Source: Acidimicrobiia bacterium
GTDB lineage: Bacteria; Actinomycetota; Acidimicrobiia; IMCC26256; JAGNEX01
Direction: 5' to 3'
DNA: 64,000 bases
Assembly (NCBI GenBank): GCA_018003035.1
Contig: JAGNEX010000002.1
Location: 477 to 64,476, forward strand
Below the pieces are notes generated by a model. That model saw only the letters and a program-made list of their open reading frames with translations, was not told the DNA's origin and did not search any database. The position numbers and the translations under genes are program-made. Positions 58,905 through 64,000 of the stretch are shown in pieces (within the stretch, counting starts at the first letter, position 1; every line of letters begins with the position of its first letter).

Positions 58905-59462
58905 GTGACCGACGAGGTCTTGTTAGAAGCCGAAGAGTCCATGGACGCGGCGCTCGTTCACCTTCGCGACGAGTTTTCACGGGTTCGGAGTGGGCGGGCT
59001 TCGCCGGTCTTGGTCGAAAAGATTCCTGTGGAGTACTACGGCTCGACCGTTCCGCTTCAGCAACTTGCTGGAGTGACCGCGCCCGAGGCGCGCGTTCTCC
59101 TGATCAACCCCTACGACAAGGGTGCGCTGACCGGCATTGAGCGGGCAATACAAGCCTCTGACCTTGGAGTTACTCCTTCGAATGACGGGTCGATCATCCG
59201 GCTGAACTTCCCTCCCCTCACCGAAGAGCGCCGCCGGGATTTGGTCAAGGTAGTAAAGAAGAGTGCAGAGCAGGGGCGGGTGTCTGTCCGCAATGCTCGA
59301 CGCACTGCTCGTCAAAACTTGGAGTCCTCTCAAAAGGACGGCGACATTTCTGAGGACGACTTGGTCCGAGCAGAAAAAGAGCTCGACGCTCTGACTGACA
59401 AGTACGTCAAAGAGGTCGACAACATCCTCGAGCGCAAAGAAGCAGAGCTTCTCGAGGTCTGA
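58905..59462 (+). CDS. frr: ribosome recycling factor
   Basis: Full-length RRF pattern (FSRVRSGRASPVLVEKIPVEYYG, LNFPPLTEERRRDLVK, VRNARRTA). GTG start. Confidence 0.95.
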   Translation: MTDEVLLEAEESMDAALVHLRDEFSRVRSGRASPVLVEKIPVEYYGSTVPLQQLAGVTAPEARVLLINPYDKGALTGIERAIQASDLGVTPSNDGSIIRLNFPPLTEERRRDLVKVVKKSAEQGRVSVRNARRTARQNLESSQKDGDISEDDLVRAEKELDALTDKYVKEVDNILERKEAELLEV

Positions 59463-59574
59463 GTCAAGCGCAGATGCGCCTGTTATCTATTCGGTGAAGT
59501 GAGATTCCACCATCGCGCCTTTTGCGAGGTCTAGCCTCCTGCTGGCGGGTCAGTAACAACGTTTGGAGGACCGG

Positions 59575-61203
59575 GTGCCCAATTCGCGTGACGACGACTT
59601 TGGCGCCGTCGACGATGATGGCGAACCTGCGGATTGGGATCTGAGCTTTCGGATCGCTCCGACCCGCGACCCTTACTCGCCCCCGGGGGAGGACGGTGAG
59701 TACCAGCGGTGGGGCACCCAAGAAGATCCTGACCCTCAATTCCGTGACGAAGAATCGACCCGTGCCTTTGATTCGTATCGAGGCGACGACGCCGACGCGT
59801 CTGCTTGGTACGAGGACGACGATGTCGACTCCGATGAGTCGGGCTCTTACTCGGGTGGGTTAGGCCGGCCAGGTGCCGACCAGCGAACCGCAAGCGACCT
59901 CTACGCCAACGATGATTCTGATGGCGATGAGGGCTTACACGACTATCGCTCCGGTCGATTCGATACCGAGCGTGGTGGAACTGCTGAATACGACGAATTG
60001 GGTCGGCGGACAGCAGATACTTGGGGAGAACCGCCGCGTCATGGCGACGGCGACTTTGAAACTCACGGACGATCAGGTAGTCCGTCCGGGTACGACGGCG
60101 CCTTTGACGACGCTGACGACGACTTCCCAGCTGGTCGTTACGCCGTCGGCGATGCCGAAGCGGCTCGCTCGCACGGACGAGCGCATTCGAACTACGACGA
60201 GCATCGCGATGACGGTGGCTCCCAGCGCGATGCCCGCGTCCCTTCCCGGCAAGGATCCGATCGGGGGGAGCGTTCCGGCTGGTCCGAAGCCCCTCGGGAG
60301 CCCAAGCGCCGTCCGGCCGAGGCCGACAAGGGTTCGGCGAAGAAGCGCGGTACCCCAGCACAAGCCAAACCCGCAGCGAAGAAGCCAAGCGGTGGTGGGC
60401 GCGATCTGGGCATGGCCGCCCTGGTGGGTGCGGCACTTCTCGTCCTGGGACTTTTGGCGATGGAGCTCGGCGCCGCAGCCACAACCGTGTTGATCATGGT
60501 CATCGTTGGGCTGGGGAGCGCAGAATTCTTCGCTGTGCTACGTGAACGCGGCTACCGGCCGGCAACCCTGCTTGGGATCGCCGGATCGGTCGGGGTCGTC
60601 TTGGCCGCTTACCACCATGGTCCGAGAGCTGTCGCGATGCTCACCGTCCTCATGGTGTTTTTCAGTTTTGCGTGGTTCCTGTTCAAGGTCGAAGAAGCGC
60701 CGCCGCTCACCAATGTGGCTTTCACCATGCTCGGCTTCCTCATGGTCGGGGTCTTTGGCTCCTACGGGACGATGTTGGTGGTGCTACCAGATGGCATCGG
60801 GCGGCTTGCTGGTGCCGTTGCATGCATCGTTGCGGCTGACGTCGGCGGATATTTCGTCGGTCGAGCAATTGGACGGATCAAGTTGGCGCCCGATGTTTCG
60901 CCTGGCAAAACCCTAGAAGGATTTCTCGGTGGGGTTGCCGCGTCGGTCCTGGTCGCGGTTCTGCTGCTCGGGATGATCGCCCCGTGGGACGCCGACATCA
61001 TGGATCGCCTCTTGTTGGGCCTGGTACTTGGGTGTATCGGACCTTTGGGTGACCTGTCGGCCTCCATGGTGAAGCGAGAGCTGGGCGTCAAAGACTTCGG
61101 TGCACTGCTCCCCGAGCACGGCGGGGTTTTGGATCGTTTCGACGCCATGCTCTTCGCCCTGCCCGTGACCTACTACCTGTCGGTAGTGTTCATCCTCAAC
61201 TAG
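59575..61203 (+). CDS. cdsA: phosphatidate cytidylyltransferase with long acidic disordered N-terminal extension
   Basis: The C-terminal ~270 aa are a typical CdsA (multi-TM, DVGGYFVGRAIGR, SPGKTLEGFLGG, SMVKRELGVKDFGALLPEHGGVLDRFD). The N-terminal ~270 aa are Asp/Glu/Arg/Gly-rich. The start is GTG 59575 (4 nt after ggagga) or TTG 59563. Confidence 0.85.
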   Translation: MPNSRDDDFGAVDDDGEPADWDLSFRIAPTRDPYSPPGEDGEYQRWGTQEDPDPQFRDEESTRAFDSYRGDDADASAWYEDDDVDSDESGSYSGGLGRPGADQRTASDLYANDDSDGDEGLHDYRSGRFDTERGGTAEYDELGRRTADTWGEPPRHGDGDFETHGRSGSPSGYDGAFDDADDDFPAGRYAVGDAEAARSHGRAHSNYDEHRDDGGSQRDARVPSRQGSDRGERSGWSEAPREPKRRPAEADKGSAKKRGTPAQAKPAAKKPSGGGRDLGMAALVGAALLVLGLLAMELGAAATTVLIMVIVGLGSAEFFAVLRERGYRPATLLGIAGSVGVVLAAYHHGPRAVAMLTVLMVFFSFAWFLFKVEEAPPLTNVAFTMLGFLMVGVFGSYGTMLVVLPDGIGRLAGAVACIVAADVGGYFVGRAIGRIKLAPDVSPGKTLEGFLGGVAASVLVAVLLLGMIAPWDADIMDRLLLGLVLGCIGPLGDLSASMVKRELGVKDFGALLPEHGGVLDRFDAMLFALPVTYYLSVVFILN

Positions 61204-61248
61204 GGCGCATTCTGTTCATCTTGTGCTGCGACCTGTCTGGGTTTTTGG

Positions 61249-62397
61249 GTGAAGAACAACACTGACGGCCGCGTCGGCGTCGCTGTACTCGGCAGCACTG
61301 GCTCGGTCGGTACGCAAGCGCTCAACGTGATTGAAGCGCACCAGGAGCGTTTTCGGGTCGTGGCCTTGGCTGCGGGTCGCAATGCGTCCGTCCTTCAGGC
61401 CCAGGCCGACCAGCACGGCGTCCCGTCGACACACGCGCGGCTGTGTGCAGATGCTCCCGAGTCCTTGGCCGAGTTGGCTGCACTACCCGAAGTGGACGTG
61501 GTGATCAACGGGGTCGTCGGTTTCGCTGGGCTTCCGGCAACATTGGCTGCGCTTCGCAGCGGGAAACGCCTGGGTCTGGCCAACAAAGAGAGCCTCATCG
61601 CTGCAGGTCCTGTCGTCAACCAAGCGAGGCTCGACGGGGGCGGTGTCATCGTCCCGGTCGACTCTGAACACAGCGCGATCTTTCAGTCGATGCAGGCGGG
61701 TCACTCACCTGAGCTCCGACGAATTTTGTTGACTGCCAGCGGGGGACCGTTCCGGGGCAAGACCGAGTCAGAACTCGAAGCGGTGACCATTGCCGACGCT
61801 CTCGCTCACCCGACCTGGTCGATGGGTCCCAAGATCACGGTCGACAGTTCGACCCTGATGAATAAGGGGCTCGAAGTCATCGAGGCTTGCGAACTGTTCA
61901 ACGTTTCCGCGGATGCGGTCGAGGTGGTGGTCCATCCGCAGTCCATCGTTCATTCGATGGTTGAGTTCGTCGACGGCACCACGATCGCCCAACTCTCCCG
62001 CCCTGATATGCGTTTGCCGATAGCGTATGCGCTGTCCTATCCCGAGCGTCTTGACGAATCTCGGGGGGAACCGAGTCCGCCTGCCGCGATCGACTGGGCG
62101 AGCATCGGGTCCTTGTCCTTCGAAGCTCCCGACCTCGAGACGTTCGTCTGCCTTCGGCTTGCTTTCGAAGCGGCCCGCCGAGGCGGCATTGCGCCTGCGG
62201 CATTGTCTGCGGCGAACGAAATCTCGGTCGAGGCCTTTCTTGACGGTCGCCTTTCGTGGATCGACATCGGTCGCGTCAACGAAGGCGTGCTCGACGACAT
62301 TTCGTGGCGTCCGGCCGATAGCCTTGAGGCGGTTCTCGAAGCTGACAGCGAAGGGCGGGCGTTAGCTCGCAACCGGGTTTCGCGGCTCGAGCGTTAG
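61249..62397 (+). CDS. dxr: 1-deoxy-D-xylulose-5-phosphate reductoisomerase
   Basis: VAVLGSTGSVGTQAL, LANKESL, PVDSEHSAIFQ and HPTWSMGPKITVDS are present. Confidence 0.95.
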   Translation: MKNNTDGRVGVAVLGSTGSVGTQALNVIEAHQERFRVVALAAGRNASVLQAQADQHGVPSTHARLCADAPESLAELAALPEVDVVINGVVGFAGLPATLAALRSGKRLGLANKESLIAAGPVVNQARLDGGGVIVPVDSEHSAIFQSMQAGHSPELRRILLTASGGPFRGKTESELEAVTIADALAHPTWSMGPKITVDSSTLMNKGLEVIEACELFNVSADAVEVVVHPQSIVHSMVEFVDGTTIAQLSRPDMRLPIAYALSYPERLDESRGEPSPPAAIDWASIGSLSFEAPDLETFVCLRLAFEAARRGGIAPAALSAANEISVEAFLDGRLSWIDIGRVNEGVLDDISWRPADSLEAVLEADSEGRALARNRVSRLER

Positions 62398-62416
62398 ATT
62401 CTCTGAGAGGTTTCTT

Positions 62417-63550
62417 GTGCAGTACCTGCTGGCGGTGACCCTCTTTTTTGGGGTCATGATCTTTCTCCATGAGCTCGGTCACTTCGTGACGGCCCGAGCG
62501 ACCGGCATGAAAGTGAGCGAGTTCTTCGTCGGTTTCGGGCCGCGCCTCTGGTCGTTTCGACGGGGCGAGACCGAGTACGGCATCAAATGGCTCCCGCTTG
62601 GCGGGTACGTCCGCATTGTCGGGATGACGTCACTCGACGAAGTAGATCCTGAAGACGAAGATCGCACATATCGCTCAAAGTCGCTCCCCGCCAAGTTGCT
62701 GGTCGTGTCGGCTGGTTCGCTTGTCCACTTCACGCTGGCCTTCATTGCTGCGTTTGTCTTGTTGGTGGCGGCTGGTCGTGTCACCGGGGTTCTTCCTGTG
62801 CCGTCGGAGATCGTCGATGGTTCCGCCGCAGAAGCTGCCGGCCTTGAGGTAGGCGATGAGATCGTCGCAGTTAACGGGAGCGCCGTTGATCAGTGGGAAG
62901 ACGTGACCGACGTCGTCAAAGCTTCGGTCGACGAACCTGTCGAACTCGAGGTCATGCGTGACGGCAAACCCGTGGCTCTGACTGCGGTCCCCAGCCCGCA
63001 TCCAGATGATCCGTCTATGGGTTTTCTCGGGGTTGCTCCAACACTCGAAAAAGAAAAGCCAGGAGTGATTGCTTCTGTCGGTGAAGCAGCACGCCTTGTG
63101 CCGCGATCGATGGGCGACGCGGTGACCTCGATCACCGACATCTTTTCGCCGAGCGGACTCTGGCGCCAAGCATCGTTAACTGCCGACGCCGTCTCTGGAA
63201 CGGCAGAAGAAGACGATCCCGCCAACGCTCAGCGACCAATTTCGCCTGTTGGTGTGGCTCGGGTGGGTGCTCAGGCTTTGGATTCGGGCTGGGAAGACTT
63301 CCTGGCCTTGTGGTTTGGCTTCAACATTTTCGTCGGCGTGTTCAACCTCGTCCCCCTGTTGCCGTTCGATGGCGGACACATCGCCATTGCGATCTACGAA
63401 TCGATCGCCTCTCGGATTCGGGGGCGCAAGGTTACGGTCGATGTCGTCAAGCTGATGCCCATTACGGTGGGGGTTGTCTCGATGCTGGGGTTGTTGCTGA
63501 TCTCGGCATTCCTGCTCGACGTGTACAACCCGATCCAGGATCCTTTCTAG
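62417..63550 (+). CDS. RIP (site-2) zinc metalloprotease, M50 family (RseP/Rip1-like)
   Basis: HELGHFVTAR HExxH motif in TM1, a PDZ domain (GLEVGDEIVAVNG), and a second metal-ligand region FNLVPLLPFDGGH. It is in the conserved dxr-rip-ispG position. Confidence 0.92.
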   Translation: MQYLLAVTLFFGVMIFLHELGHFVTARATGMKVSEFFVGFGPRLWSFRRGETEYGIKWLPLGGYVRIVGMTSLDEVDPEDEDRTYRSKSLPAKLLVVSAGSLVHFTLAFIAAFVLLVAAGRVTGVLPVPSEIVDGSAAEAAGLEVGDEIVAVNGSAVDQWEDVTDVVKASVDEPVELEVMRDGKPVALTAVPSPHPDDPSMGFLGVAPTLEKEKPGVIASVGEAARLVPRSMGDAVTSITDIFSPSGLWRQASLTADAVSGTAEEDDPANAQRPISPVGVARVGAQALDSGWEDFLALWFGFNIFVGVFNLVPLLPFDGGHIAIAIYESIASRIRGRKVTVDVVKLMPITVGVVSMLGLLLISAFLLDVYNPIQDPF

Positions 63551-64000
63551 ATGTCAACACCGCCATCGTTTGCTCGACGCGAAACTCGCCAGGTCAAGGT
63601 CGGCTCGGTCCTCGTCGGCGGCGCCGCACCCGTATCGGTGCAGTCGATGACCACAACCAAGACCGCAGATGTCGATGCAACGTTGGCGCAGATCTACGCC
63701 CTGGCCGGCGCCGGCGTCGACATTGTGCGGTGCACCTGCAACGACGTCGACGCCGCTCGCGGATTGGCCCAAATTGTCCCCAGATCGCCGGTGCCCATCG
63801 TCGCCGACATCCACTTTCAATACCGCTTGGCGCTCGCCGCATTGGAGGCCGGCGTCGATGCCCTTCGACTGAACCCGGGCAACATCCGCAAACCCGAACA
63901 CATTCGGGCGGTGGCCTCGGCAGCCAAAGAGCGCGGTGTGCCGATCCGAATCGGTGTCAACGGGGGATCGTTAGATCCCGACATCGCGGATCGTTTTGGG
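63551..64000 (+). CDS. ispG: 4-hydroxy-3-methylbut-2-en-1-yl diphosphate synthase, N-terminal fragment (3' end outside window)
   Basis: My own translation from ATG 63551 is MSTPPSFARRETRQVKVGSVLVGGAAPVSVQSMTTTKTADVDATLAQI...VADIHFQYRLALAALEAGVDALRLNPGNI, the canonical IspG/GcpE TIM-barrel start. The ORF is open to the window edge. Confidence 0.92.
   Translation, partial: MSTPPSFARRETRQVKVGSVLVGGAAPVSVQSMTTTKTADVDATLAQIYALAGAGVDIVRCTCNDVDAARGLAQIVPRSPVPIVADIHFQYRLALAALEAGVDALRLNPGNIRKPEHIRAVASAAKERGVPIRIGVNGGSLDPDIADRFG

Noticed and set aside
59531-60484. 317-aa Arg-rich ORF antisense to the cdsA 5' extension
   Set aside because: Extreme Arg/Pro/Ser composition (RRRRQRRRRTRTD...) is typical of the antisense of an Asp/Glu-rich coding frame. 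It is kept only as a caveat in the CdsA-extension finding.

Overview
This is a high-GC, gene-dense chromosomal segment with Actinomycetota-type gene order, possibly Acidimicrobiia-like; that taxonomic guess is inference from synteny only. I called about 63 protein-coding genes by recognising motifs in the supplied ORF translations and re-checking start codons in the nucleotide sequence. No alignments or HMM searches could be run. Most of the window is conserved housekeeping core. Left to right it contains: the gltB 3' end, H+-PPase, a UvrD2-like helicase, def, menB, galK-galT, metF, ddl, ugd, pckA, rpmB and recG. It continues with rsmD-coaD, a SepIVA-like gene, yceD-rpmF-rnc-mutM-smc-ftsY-ffh, rpsP-KH-rimM-trmD, rplS-lepB, DUF2469, yraN, dprA/comM and xerC. 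It ends with a WhiG/FliA-type sigma factor, an M23 peptidase, rpsB-tsf-pyrH-frr-cdsA and dxr-rseP-ispG. I found no rRNA, tRNA, CRISPR array, transposase or phage genes. The one clearly accessory element is a co-directional DUF4956 / VTC-domain / CotH-kinase cassette (43557-46679). It sits inside the normally contiguous trmD-rplS junction, and its VTC and CotH modules share one uninterrupted 826-codon frame. Other points worth a second look are: two unusually long, lower-GC non-coding convergent spacers (372-1153 and 22785-23445, the latter with two strong intrinsic terminators and a candidate sRNA); an apparent inversion of the comM-dprA block; a roughly 270-residue acidic disordered N-terminal extension on CdsA; and a perfect LexA/SOS-box-like palindrome inside a nuclease gene. 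Many start codons are GTG/TTG and remain provisional.
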